From NCBI GenBank assembly GCA_963666515.2, contig OY762897.2, forward strand, positions 864,001-928,000: DNA of 64,000 nucleotides. The letters run 5' to 3'. Origin of the DNA: Candidatus Binatia bacterium. GTDB taxonomy: Bacteria > Desulfobacterota > Binatia > UBA9968 > JAJDTQ01. Within the stretch, counting starts at the first letter, position 1; the number at the start of each line of letters is the position of its first letter. Below, in pieces: positions 49,500-58,844 of this stretch. The notes beneath the pieces were generated by a model. That model was not told where the DNA came from. It saw nothing but the letters and a program-made list of their open reading frames with translations, and did no database searches. The translations under genes were made by a program, and so were the position numbers.

Positions 49500-50603
49500 A
49501 TGAGAATCACCGGCATCGACATCCATCCCCTGCGGATTCCCCTGAAGGGGGTTTTCCGCAACGCCCATGACACCAAGACCCGGCAGGACAGCATCGTGGT
49601 GCGGGTGCGCACGGACGAGGGCGCCGCGGGTCTGGGCAACGTCGACCCCGACCCCGGCCACTCCGAGGAGAGCTTCGGCGAGACCCTGAAGGCGGTGCGG
49701 GCGCTGGCGCCGAGTCTCACCGGCCGCGACCCGCTGAACGTCTCGGCCGCGCTGGAGATCATGGACCGCTGCCTGCCGCGCCACCTGGACGCCAAGGCGG
49801 CTCTGGAAATGGCGCTCTTTGACCTCAAGGGCAGGGTCATGGACCAGCCGGTGCACGCGCTCCTGGGCGGGAAGCTCAGGGATGAGGTACGGCTCAACGG
49901 CTGGATCGGCATGTTGGAGCCGGACGAGGCCGCGCGGGAGGCACTGGGCTGGCGCGACGCCGGCTTCGGCTCGGTGAAGATCAAGTTGGGCTCCGGCGTC
50001 GAGTCCGACCGTGACCGGGTGGCGGCGGTGCGCGGAACGGTAGGCGGCAGTCTGAAACTGCGGGTGGATGCCAACGAGGCCTACGGCGTAGATGACGCCA
50101 TCCGTCTGGGCAGGGCGCTGGCGCCGCTGGACGTGGCGCTGCTGGAGCAGCCGGTGGCCCGCGCCGACTACGCGGGCCTGGCGCGGGTGCGGCGCAGCAT
50201 CGACATCCCGGTGATGGCCGACGAAGCCATCGTCGGGCCGGAGACCCTGGTGGAGGTCATTCGGAAGGAAGCCGCGGACATCGTCAAGGTGAAGGTGATG
50301 AAACAGGGCGGGATCACCCGCACCGTCCGCATGGTCCACATGGCCGAGGCCGCCGGCGTCCAGTGCGTCATCGGCCACGGGTTCGGTCTCGCCATCAACA
50401 CGCTGGCGGAGATTCACGTGGCCGCGAGCTGCGCCAACGTCATGGACGGCTGCGAGTCCGTGGGTCCGCTCAAGATGGGCGGCGACGTGGTGGAGCAGCC
50501 ACTGGACCTGCGAGAAGGGCGGGTGCCGGTCCCCAACGGCCCGGGGCTCGGCGCAGAGCTGGCGGAGTCGGAACTGCGGCGCTGGGCAATGCCGGCGCCC
50601 TGA
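49500..50603 (+). CDS. Enolase superfamily protein (muconate cycloisomerase / dipeptide epimerase subgroup)
   Basis: KIKLG, VDANE, EQP, ADE, KVMKQGG, PGLG. Confidence 0.9.
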   Translation: MRITGIDIHPLRIPLKGVFRNAHDTKTRQDSIVVRVRTDEGAAGLGNVDPDPGHSEESFGETLKAVRALAPSLTGRDPLNVSAALEIMDRCLPRHLDAKAALEMALFDLKGRVMDQPVHALLGGKLRDEVRLNGWIGMLEPDEAAREALGWRDAGFGSVKIKLGSGVESDRDRVAAVRGTVGGSLKLRVDANEAYGVDDAIRLGRALAPLDVALLEQPVARADYAGLARVRRSIDIPVMADEAIVGPETLVEVIRKEAADIVKVKVMKQGGITRTVRMVHMAEAAGVQCVIGHGFGLAINTLAEIHVAASCANVMDGCESVGPLKMGGDVVEQPLDLREGRVPVPNGPGLGAELAESELRRWAMPAP

Positions 50604-50642
50604 TCCACAGGTAGCAACAGTCAACCCGCGCGGCGCAAGCAA

Positions 50643-50670
50643 CGTGCAGGGGCGGGTTTCAAACTTGCCC
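50643..50670 (+). repeat. REP-like palindrome, GTAG/GCAG class (copy 2)
   Basis: CGTGCAGGGGCGGGTTTCAAACTTGCCC. Confidence 0.6.
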
Positions 50671-50715
50671 GTGCCCGGTTCTTGCCATCGTCGCGGCACT
50701 CCAGGGAGGCACATC

Positions 50716-51222
50716 ATGAATCAGACCGTAGGCGCGAAGTTTCCGGATCTGGCCCTCAAGGACCACACGGGCCAGGAGGCGGCATTGTCGGGGATCACGG
50801 AGGGCAGGTTCCCCCTCATCGTGGCGTTCTATCGCGGCTACTGGTGAGGGAAGTGCGTGGTGCAGTTGCGCCACTTGGTCACCCTCCAGGAGGAGCTTCC
50901 CTCCGCCTATTGCCGGGTCGCCGTCGTCAGCGTGGACCCGCCGCCGGTGAACGGTGCGCTCAGGAACGGCCTCGGGGCGACGTTCCCGTTCCTGAGCGAC
51001 CACGAGCACAAGGCCATCGAGGCCCTGGACATCGTCGACACCTCGGACAAGAAGCACGGGACCATCGCGATTCCGTACGCCTTCTCGTTGCTGCCCGACC
51101 TCACGGTCCATCGCATCTACAATGGCTGGTACTACGTGGGCCGGCCCACCAACGAGGAGCTGCGGGCCGACATGCGGGCCATGATCCAGCAATGCCGGAA
51201 AGACTACGACCCGCAGGCATGA
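50716..51222 (+). CDS. AhpC/TSA (peroxiredoxin-like) redoxin, predicted selenoprotein (UxxC)
   Basis: GGAGG RBS, ATG 50716; in-frame TGA 50845-50847 in FYRGYW-U-GKC, at the position of the family WCPxC cysteine; the two ORF-track halves are in one frame; FPFLSD motif downstream. Confidence 0.85.
50857..50874 (+). promoter_or_regulatory. Candidate bacterial SECIS element
   Basis: Stem GTGGTGC/GCGCCAC with AGTT loop starting 16 nt after the UGA; lower pairing GGTGA/TCACC. Confidence 0.65.
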
Positions 51223-51243
51223 GCTTGGAGTGGGAGACCGCTT

Positions 51244-51275
51244 CCCGTCACCCCGGGCTTGACCCGGGGTCCAGG
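51244..51275 (+). repeat. REP-like palindromic element, CGTC class (copy 2)
   Basis: CCCGTCACCCCGGGCTTGACCCGGGGTCCAGG; 31/32 identical to the reverse complement of 1038-1069. Confidence 0.75.
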
Positions 51276-51343
51276 GGGCTGGGGGCGGGGCCAAGCCCCG
51301 TCCCCGGTGGTCCGCCCGCCGGTTTTGTGCTAATTCCAGCCCC

Positions 51344-51601
51344 ATGATTCAGCCACAAGAGATCGAGGATACGCTGGGGCGGGTGTTCCCGGGCTGTCTG
51401 GTGCCGATGATCAAGGACCTGACCGGCGGGGGAGACCACTACCAGGTGGTCATCGTGCACGATTCCTTCGCCGGCAAGGGTCTCATCGACCAGCACAAGA
51501 TGGTCTACGAGGCTCTGAAAGACGAGCTTGGCGACGAACGCATACACGCGCTTTCGTTGAAGACCTTCTCTCCCGAGCAGTGGGAGAAATACGGCGCGTG
51601 A
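51344..51601 (+). CDS. bolA: BolA/IbaG family protein
   Basis: GDHYQV.IV...F.GK..I.QH.MVY.AL...IHALSLKT..P. Confidence 0.92.
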   Translation: MIQPQEIEDTLGRVFPGCLVPMIKDLTGGGDHYQVVIVHDSFAGKGLIDQHKMVYEALKDELGDERIHALSLKTFSPEQWEKYGA

Positions 51602-51697
51602 CGTCCACGGGAACGGCATAGCGCCTGGAGCGCTCGCCGGCGTCTCTTTCTTTCCGCCGCTCGGCGGAAGAACTTCAACGGCCTTCCGGGAGGTAAC

Positions 51698-52851
51698 ATG
51701 CTGACCATCGACTCCGACGGCCACCTGCACGAGCCGTTCGACCTGTTCGACCGCTACATCGAGAAGGAGTTCCACGCCGTCCGTCCGCGCGTCGTGGACC
51801 TGCGCGACGAGCCCCGGGACCAGGGCCGCTGGGTGGCCGAGGGGCGCGTGGTGCCGCGGATTCCCTTTTCCCGGGGCGTGGGCGGCGGCGGTTTCAACTA
51901 CCCCACGCCGCGGCACAAGCAGATGAAGGCCCGGGACAACTCCCTGGATGACGTCCCCGGCCGTCTCGAGGACCTGGACCTGATGGGCGTGGACTACCAG
52001 GTGGTGTTTCCCACGGCGCTGGTGTGGGTGTTCGACCTGGAGAACGCGGAGTTGGCGGGCGCCGTGTGCCGCGCCTACAACAACTACGTGGCCGAGCAGT
52101 GCTCCCTGGCCCCCAAGCGGCTCAACGCCATCGCAATGGTGCCGATCCAGGACCCGGCCGGAGCCGCGGAGGAGGCGAGAAGGGCGGTGAAGGAGTTGGG
52201 TCTGGCCGGGGTGCTGTTGCCCGGGATGGTCGGCAACCGGCCTTTGCACGACCCTGAATACGAGCCGTTCTTCGCCGCGGTCGACGACCTCGATACCCCC
52301 ATCGGCTTCCACGCCGTGACTGGCATGCACGACACGCCGTGGGCCGACTGCTTCACGGACTTCTTCTCCACCCACGTCACCGCCATGCCCTTCTCCATGA
52401 TGGTGGGCATGATGTCGGTGGTTCGCATGGGCATCCTGGCCCGCTATCCCAACCTCCGTTGCGCCTTCCTGGAGATCGGCGCCACTTGGTTTCCGTACTG
52501 GGCTTGGTGGGTGGGCAAGCACATCGAGCACGTCCGGGGACCTCGCGGCGACGGACGCCACGAGGGCAACTGGGGCAGGGCGCCCTACACCCTGCCGGAG
52601 ACCATCCGGGAACCCATGGAGGACATCCTGACCGGACGGATACTCTCGGGCTTCGAGGACGACGAGAACCTGAGGGCCGTCATCGACCAAGTGGGCGCCG
52701 GATCGCTGATGTACGCCAGCGACTACCCCCACAGCGACATGGACTGGGGCCGCGTCGATGCCATCAAGAGCAACGATTCGATTACGCAGGAAGAGAAGGA
52801 CGCCCTTCTGGGCGGCAACGCCCTGCGGTTCTACAAGCTGGAGTTGGGATG
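51698..52851 (+). CDS. Amidohydrolase family protein (Amidohydro_2)
   Basis: IDSDGH, AYNNY, FLE.G..W, YASDYPHSD, LGGNA.RFY; GGAGG RBS. Confidence 0.92.
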
Positions 52852-52894
52852 ATCCCCACCGGCGCTTTCACCGGACGGAGCGCCGGGACCGCGC

Positions 52895-53620
52895 TCACGC
52901 CGCCAGGCTGCCCATCAACCGCCCATAGCCCGTCACTGCCTCCCTTATGCGGATCAGTTTGAGCGCGTACCAGATGTAGGCCTGGCAACTGGTCACCACC
53001 GGCTTGCCGATCTCCTGCTCCAAAAGTTCCACGTCCTCGATGGTGGGCCAGCGAGGGCAGGGGATGAAGATGCCGTCGGCCTCGGGCGCCTTCTCGTAGA
53101 GGCGCTTGGCGATCTTGTACGAGGCGTGCACCGGCAGGTCGGAGATGGCGGAGTTCTTTCGCACCCCGTAACCCTCGATCTGCAGCACCTCGAAGCCGGA
53201 AGCTTCCAGAAACGCCTTCATGCGGACGTTCAGTTCGTCCTCGTGCGGGGTAGCCACCACGAGGCTGCGGAGTCCCATGGCCTTGAGCGCCTCCACCTCG
53301 CCGGTGATGCCCGCGGTGATGGGCACCCCGGTCTTCTCCGTGAGCCGCTGCCCCATTTCGGTGTCGCTGCCGTGCCCCAGCTTGGTGAAGAGCGGCGAGC
53401 CGCCGAGGATGATCACGTCGCAGCCGTTGTCCACCAGATCCAGCGCCGCCTCCTCGATGCGCTCGAGCTGCCGCTCGAAGTCGGCGTCCACCAGTTGCCG
53501 GATGGTGCCGGTGCTGTTGAGCAACTGGAACCCCTCGGGCAGCATCCGATAGAACTCGTAGACTAAGGTGTCTCCGCGGGACGGGGCCACATGACCGACA
53601 CGCGCTCGCCAACCGTACAT
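52895..53620 (-). CDS. Maleate isomerase / arylmalonate decarboxylase / Asp-Glu racemase family protein
   Basis: MYGWRAR.G...PS, VATP, DGIFIPC, E..IGKPVVTS.QA. Confidence 0.88.
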   Translation of the reverse strand: MYGWRARVGHVAPSRGDTLVYEFYRMLPEGFQLLNSTGTIRQLVDADFERQLERIEEAALDLVDNGCDVIILGGSPLFTKLGHGSDTEMGQRLTEKTGVPITAGITGEVEALKAMGLRSLVVATPHEDELNVRMKAFLEASGFEVLQIEGYGVRKNSAISDLPVHASYKIAKRLYEKAPEADGIFIPCPRWPTIEDVELLEQEIGKPVVTSCQAYIWYALKLIRIREAVTGYGRLMGSLAA

Positions 53621-53650
53621 GATGAGCCTCCTCCGGTTTGTCGCGTGTCC

Positions 53651-54253
53651 TCAGAGCGAAGTCGTTGCCGGAAGGTCCAGGCAGCGCTCGATCTCCGTGA
53701 ACACCTCGTTGAAATGCATGATGCGGGTTACGTCGGGATGCGAGAAATGGCGGTTGTATGGATGGTGCGGCATCAGCACCCGCGCATCGGTGCGCTCGGC
53801 GACATCCTGGCAGTTTTCGTAGTTGTCGTCGACGAATAGCGCTACTCCGAGCTTCTGCACCACCGCGGATTTCTCGTTCTCGACCAGGTGCACGTCGGGG
53901 TTGGTGATGCCGTGCCGCCGGAACCACTCCGAAGTGACCGCATGAATATCCCAGCTTTCGTGGCCCCTCCGGTGCGTGATGAACGAAAGCCGGCCGGATT
54001 GGCTAAGGTGTTCCAGCCGCCGCCACTGTTCGGGGCCCAGCAGCGAATCTAGCCCGTCCCAGAACCCTGGGTCCTGCCGCGCGGCTTCGGCGCACTCCCT
54101 AACCGCTTCCTCGGTCAACGCCGGATGCGCCGAAAGGCGGACGCTCCGGAGCGATTCCGCCGGTATCGGCCCTTTGCCGATGCGCTTTTCGAGACGAAGC
54201 AGGAAGGGAGAAAGAAAGTCGGCCACCACGCCGTCGATGTCCAGCCCCACCAT
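53651..54253 (-). CDS. HAD-superfamily hydrolase (5'-nucleotidase-like)
   Basis: GLDIDGVVAD, FIT.R, FVDD, P.HPYN; start uncertain. Confidence 0.85.
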   Translation of the reverse strand: MVGLDIDGVVADFLSPFLLRLEKRIGKGPIPAESLRSVRLSAHPALTEEAVRECAEAARQDPGFWDGLDSLLGPEQWRRLEHLSQSGRLSFITHRRGHESWDIHAVTSEWFRRHGITNPDVHLVENEKSAVVQKLGVALFVDDNYENCQDVAERTDARVLMPHHPYNRHFSHPDVTRIMHFNEVFTEIERCLDLPATTSL

Positions 54254-54389
54254 TTCGGCGTCCAGCTTACGCAATCGCGGGGTGCACCGCAACGCGCCAG
54301 TACGATTATCAAGGATCTCACCGACGGTCAGGGTTGACAAGCGTCAGTTATTTCGTCATTTTTACCGTAAAAATAACGGAATCACCGAC

Positions 54390-55553
54390 ATGTATTCCAG
54401 GATACTCGATCTGCCCGAAAAGAGTTTCTTCCTGTTCGGCCCGCGTGGCACCGGGAAATCCGTGTGGCTGGAGCAACGTCTCAGCCACGCAGACCTGAGC
54501 ATCAATCTCCTGAAGTCCCGCGAGTATCTTCGATACAAGCGGGACCCCTCCCTTCTCGCTCAGGAAGCAGCCGCGTTGCCCAACCCGCGGCCCTGGATCA
54601 TTATCGACGAGGTGCAAAAGCTGCCGGAGCTGCTCGACGAGGTGCACGCGCTCCTGTTCGAGAGCGGACAGGGCTATCGGTTTGCACTGTCCGGGTCCAG
54701 CGCCCGGAAGCTCAAGCGGTCCCATGCCAACATGCTTGCGGGCCGCGCCCTTTTGAAACGGATGTTTCCGCTCAGCATGCTTGAAGTCGGTGAGGACTTC
54801 AGCCTGCCGGACGTTCTGCGTTACGGACAGTTGCCCTTGAGCGTGACATCGGTCTCCCGAACCGAGAAGGTCGAGTTCCTGGATGCCTACGTCGAGACCT
54901 ATCTGAAGGAAGAGATTCAGCAGGAAGCTCTGGTCAGGAACCTTGACAGTTTTTACCGGTTCCTGTCAGTCGCCGGCGTGATGAGCGGACAGTTGCTGAA
55001 CATCACCAATATCGCCCGGGATGTGGGCGTCGCCAGGTCCACCGTCCAGGGTTATTTCGGCATCCTGGAAGACACATTGCTGGGCTGGTACCTGCCCGCC
55101 TACCGCAACAAGGCCAAGGTCAAGGAGGTGGCCCACCCCAAGTTCTACCTGTTCGATTGCGGCGCGCAGCGTGCCCTGATGGGGAGGCACCGGGACGAAC
55201 CCTCGGCGGTCGAGACGGGTGCCTTGTTCGAGGCCTTCGTTCTGAATGAGTTCAGGGCGCTCAACGCGTGGCGGTCTCACGGCGCGCAGTTCTTCTACTG
55301 GCGCACGGAAGCAGGCAACGAAGTGGACCTGATCTGGAAGAGAGGAGAGCAGGCCGCGGGCTTTGAAATCAAGTCGTCCAATATCTGGCAGGAGAAATTC
55401 AACAAGGGATTGAACGTCCTGTTGCAGACCGGTGACATCGGGCATGCTTTCGGCGTGTATCGCGGCGAACGGGTTCTGAAGGTCGGGAAGGTGACCGTGC
55501 TCCCCTACAAGAAGGCCATGGAGATGGCCCTGGAAGGGAGCTTCGTTCCTTGA
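54390..55553 (+). CDS. AAA+ ATPase with DUF4143 (PD-(D/E)xK-like) C-terminus
   Basis: LFGPRGTGKS, IDEVQK, SGSSARKL, K.YLFDCG, YWRT..G.EVD, FEIK. Confidence 0.92.
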   Translation: MYSRILDLPEKSFFLFGPRGTGKSVWLEQRLSHADLSINLLKSREYLRYKRDPSLLAQEAAALPNPRPWIIIDEVQKLPELLDEVHALLFESGQGYRFALSGSSARKLKRSHANMLAGRALLKRMFPLSMLEVGEDFSLPDVLRYGQLPLSVTSVSRTEKVEFLDAYVETYLKEEIQQEALVRNLDSFYRFLSVAGVMSGQLLNITNIARDVGVARSTVQGYFGILEDTLLGWYLPAYRNKAKVKEVAHPKFYLFDCGAQRALMGRHRDEPSAVETGALFEAFVLNEFRALNAWRSHGAQFFYWRTEAGNEVDLIWKRGEQAAGFEIKSSNIWQEKFNKGLNVLLQTGDIGHAFGVYRGERVLKVGKVTVLPYKKAMEMALEGSFVP

Positions 55554-55760
55554 CGAACCGCAACCGGTCGGATACAAAAGATTTTTCTTCAGGCACACCG
55601 CAACACCCGCCCGCTCTTTCTCTGAATCAACCGGAGCTGTAAGCGCAGGACCATCGGGTCGTCGGTGGCGGCGCATGGCACAAGCCACCCGCCGCGCACA
55701 ACGCGCTCACCGGGGCATGAATGATCGTGAGCGGTTGCGTTCAACAAGTCAGGAGACGTC

Positions 55761-56765
55761 ATGGCCAGAGTCGGTTTCGCACTTGGATACGGAAAGTTCA
55801 CCAACGTCCGGGAGATCGCCCATCTCATGCGGCGCGCGGAGGAGCGGGGCTTCGAGATGGGGTTCTTCTCCGAGACCATCGAGCTGATGCGCGACTCGGT
55901 CTCGGCGCTGTCGGCCATGGGCCTGGCCACCTCCAAGGTCACGCTGGGAGCGACGCAGATCGTCCGCCTGCGCACGCCCATCTGCATGGCGCAGTCGCTG
56001 ATGACGCTGGACGAACTGACCGGCGGGCGCATCACGCTGGCGCCGGGCGCCTGCACCCGCAGCCACGCCCGGGTCCATGCGATGGAGCACCAGGATCCTC
56101 CTCAGGTGCTCAGGGAGTACATCGAGTCCATGCGGCTGCTCTTCACCGGCGAGAAGGTGGACTACGAAGGACAGTTCGTCAAGTTCAAGAACGTCGGCAT
56201 CGGCTGGAAGCCGTTGCGCACCCACATCCCGCTCTACATCCCCGCCACCGCGCGGCCCGGCCTGAAGCTGGCCGGCCAGATCGGCGACGGCGTGGTGCTG
56301 AACGCGGTCTGCTCGCCCGAGTACACCGCCAACGCCCTCAAGATCATCAAGGACGCCGCGGAGGAGGCGGGGCGCGACTTCTCCAAGTTCGAGGTCGCGC
56401 AGTTGATCAACTGCTCCATCGCCGACGACCACCAGAAGGCGCTGGACGCCATCCGCTGGGAGGTGGCCACCAAGCTCGACCCCATCCAGCTCCCGTTCAT
56501 CGCCCGCCCCAAGATGAAGGTGGGCGAGCCCTACATCCACGAGGAAGACATCCCGACGTTCGAGAAGGCCCATGCCGAGGGCGGCATGGAGGCCCTCATC
56601 AAGGCCATCCCCGACTCCTACGTGGAAGGCATGACCGCCAGCGGCACCCCCGACGAGGTCAAGGCGCGGGTGCAGCAGTACCGCGACGCGGGCGTCAAGA
56701 TCCCGCTCTTGCGGCCGGCCGCGGCGGACCAGACCGACGCCCTGATGGACCTGTTCGCGCAGTAA
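55761..56765 (+). CDS. LLM-class (luciferase-like) flavin/F420-dependent oxidoreductase
   Basis: AE..GF, TLDEL.GGR..L, IPLYI, AG.I.DGV.LN, GTPDEV. Confidence 0.9.
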   Translation: MARVGFALGYGKFTNVREIAHLMRRAEERGFEMGFFSETIELMRDSVSALSAMGLATSKVTLGATQIVRLRTPICMAQSLMTLDELTGGRITLAPGACTRSHARVHAMEHQDPPQVLREYIESMRLLFTGEKVDYEGQFVKFKNVGIGWKPLRTHIPLYIPATARPGLKLAGQIGDGVVLNAVCSPEYTANALKIIKDAAEEAGRDFSKFEVAQLINCSIADDHQKALDAIRWEVATKLDPIQLPFIARPKMKVGEPYIHEEDIPTFEKAHAEGGMEALIKAIPDSYVEGMTASGTPDEVKARVQQYRDAGVKIPLLRPAAADQTDALMDLFAQ

Positions 56766-56768
56766 TCC

Positions 56769-58844
56769 ATGTATCGCGTCGGCGTTGACATCGGCGGGAC
56801 CTTCACGGATCTGCTGCTGGTGGCGGATGACGGCACTTCCTTCATCGGCAAGACCCTGACCACCCACGGCGATCCGAGCGTGGCGGTGGAGACCGCCATG
56901 CGGGAGGGCCTGGAGACGGGCATCGTGGACCGCGCCCAACCGGGCACGGTGGTGCACGGCACCACGCTGGTCACCAACGCCCTGATCGAGCGCAAGGGCG
57001 CGCTCACCGCGCTCCTCACCACCAAGGGATTCCGGGACGCCCTGGAGATCGGCCGCGAGCACCGCTACGAGCTTTACGACCTCGACCTGGAGTTCCCCAG
57101 GCCGCTGGTGCCGCGCTACCTCCGGTTCGACGTGCCCGAGCGCGTGGCCGCGGACGGGAGCGTGTTCGAGCCGCTGGACGAGGACTACGTGCGGAGCCTG
57201 GTGGCGGAGCTTCGGGACAAGGGCGTCCGGGCCATCGCGGTGTGCTACCTCAACAGCTTCCGCAACCCCACCCATGAGCGCCGCACCCAGGAAATCATAG
57301 CCGAGGTGGCGCCGGACATCCGCGTGTCCGTGAGCGCCGACGTGGTGCCGGAGATCCGCGAGTTCCAGCGCACCAGCACCACCGCGGCCAACGTCTACGT
57401 GCAGGAGCGCGTCGCCGCCTATCTCCGGGAGCTTCAGCAACGGCTGGACGGCCTGCGGTTCAGCGGCAGCTTCTTCGTGATGCTCTCCAGCGGCGGCATC
57501 GGCACGCCGGAGACCGCCGCCCGGTTCCCGGTGCGGATGCTGGAGTCGGGTCCGGCCGCGGGTGCGCTGGCCGCAGCCGCGCTCGGACAGCGTGCGGGCT
57601 ATCCCGACCTGCTCTCCTTCGACATGGGCGGCACCACCGCCAAGCTGTGCGCGGTGGAGAACGGTTATCCGCTCAAGGCCCGCGAGTTCGAGGTGGACCG
57701 GGTCTACCGCTTCCGCAAGGGCAGCGGCCTGCCCATCAAGATACCCGTCATCGACATGATCGAGATCGGCGCCGGCGGCGGCAGCATCGCGCGGGTGGAC
57801 GCCCTGGGGCTCCTCAAGGTGGGCCCCGACAGCGCCGGGGCCGAGCCCGGCCCGGCCTGCTACGGCCGCGGCGGCACGGGCGCGACCGTGACCGACGCCA
57901 ACCTGATCCTCGGCTACTTCGATCCCGACTACTTCCTCGGCGGCGAGATGAAGCTCGACGTGGAAGCTGCACGGCAGGCCCTCGGCGCCGTCGCCGAAAA
58001 GCTCGGCATGCGGGTGGAGGAGGTGGCCTGGGGCATCCACCAGATCGTTAACGAGAACATGGCCAACGCCGCGCGCGCACACCTGGGAGAGCGCGGCAAG
58101 GACCCGCGGGAGTTGCCCATGTACGCCTTCGGCGGCGCCGGGCCGGTGCACGGCGGTCACGTGGCGGAGCTGCTGCGCCTGCCCACGCTGATCTCGCCCA
58201 TGGGAGCGGGGGTGGGCTCCACCTTCGGCCTTCTGGCGGCGCCCCTGGCCTTCGACTTCGTGCGCAGCGCCTACAGCCTGCTGGACGAGCTGGACTGGTC
58301 CTTCGTCAACGGCATGTTCGACGAAATGTGCGCCGAGGGGCGCGCCATCCTGGAGCAGTCGGGGCTGGCGCCGGACGAGATCGTCTACGAGCGCACCGCG
58401 GACATGCGCTACACCGGCCAGGGCCACGAGGTATCGGTGCCCATCCCCGACGGGGTGCTCGGCGCCGGCCATCTCGCCGCCATCACCGAAGCCTTCGAGC
58501 GCACCTACGAGCACATGTACGGTCGAACCGTCCCCGACGTGGTGGTGGAGGTGATCAACTGGCGCGTGGTGGCGCGCGGGCCGGAGCAGCCGCTCAACTT
58601 CTCGACCCGTGGCGCCAGGGCGGCGGGGACTGAGGCCCGGAAGGGGACGCGCCCGGTGTACTCGGCAGGCCGGGGCGAGTTCGTCGAGACCGCGGTCTAT
58701 GACCGCTACGCGCTGACGCCGGGCATGGCCTTCCCGGGGCCCGCCATCGTGGAGGAGCGGGAGTCCACCCTGGTCGTGACCGCCCGCAGCCGCGCCCGGG
58801 TTGACGATTATCTGAACGTGATCGTAGAGTTCGACTATGAGTAA
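56769..58844 (+). CDS. Hydantoinase/oxoprolinase family subunit A (ATP-binding)
   Basis: GVDIGGTFTD, HGTT..TNA, ESGPAAG, DMGGTT, IGAGGGSIA, FGGAGP.H. Confidence 0.95.
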   Translation: MYRVGVDIGGTFTDLLLVADDGTSFIGKTLTTHGDPSVAVETAMREGLETGIVDRAQPGTVVHGTTLVTNALIERKGALTALLTTKGFRDALEIGREHRYELYDLDLEFPRPLVPRYLRFDVPERVAADGSVFEPLDEDYVRSLVAELRDKGVRAIAVCYLNSFRNPTHERRTQEIIAEVAPDIRVSVSADVVPEIREFQRTSTTAANVYVQERVAAYLRELQQRLDGLRFSGSFFVMLSSGGIGTPETAARFPVRMLESGPAAGALAAAALGQRAGYPDLLSFDMGGTTAKLCAVENGYPLKAREFEVDRVYRFRKGSGLPIKIPVIDMIEIGAGGGSIARVDALGLLKVGPDSAGAEPGPACYGRGGTGATVTDANLILGYFDPDYFLGGEMKLDVEAARQALGAVAEKLGMRVEEVAWGIHQIVNENMANAARAHLGERGKDPRELPMYAFGGAGPVHGGHVAELLRLPTLISPMGAGVGSTFGLLAAPLAFDFVRSAYSLLDELDWSFVNGMFDEMCAEGRAILEQSGLAPDEIVYERTADMRYTGQGHEVSVPIPDGVLGAGHLAAITEAFERTYEHMYGRTVPDVVVEVINWRVVARGPEQPLNFSTRGARAAGTEARKGTRPVYSAGRGEFVETAVYDRYALTPGMAFPGPAIVEERESTLVVTARSRARVDDYLNVIVEFDYE

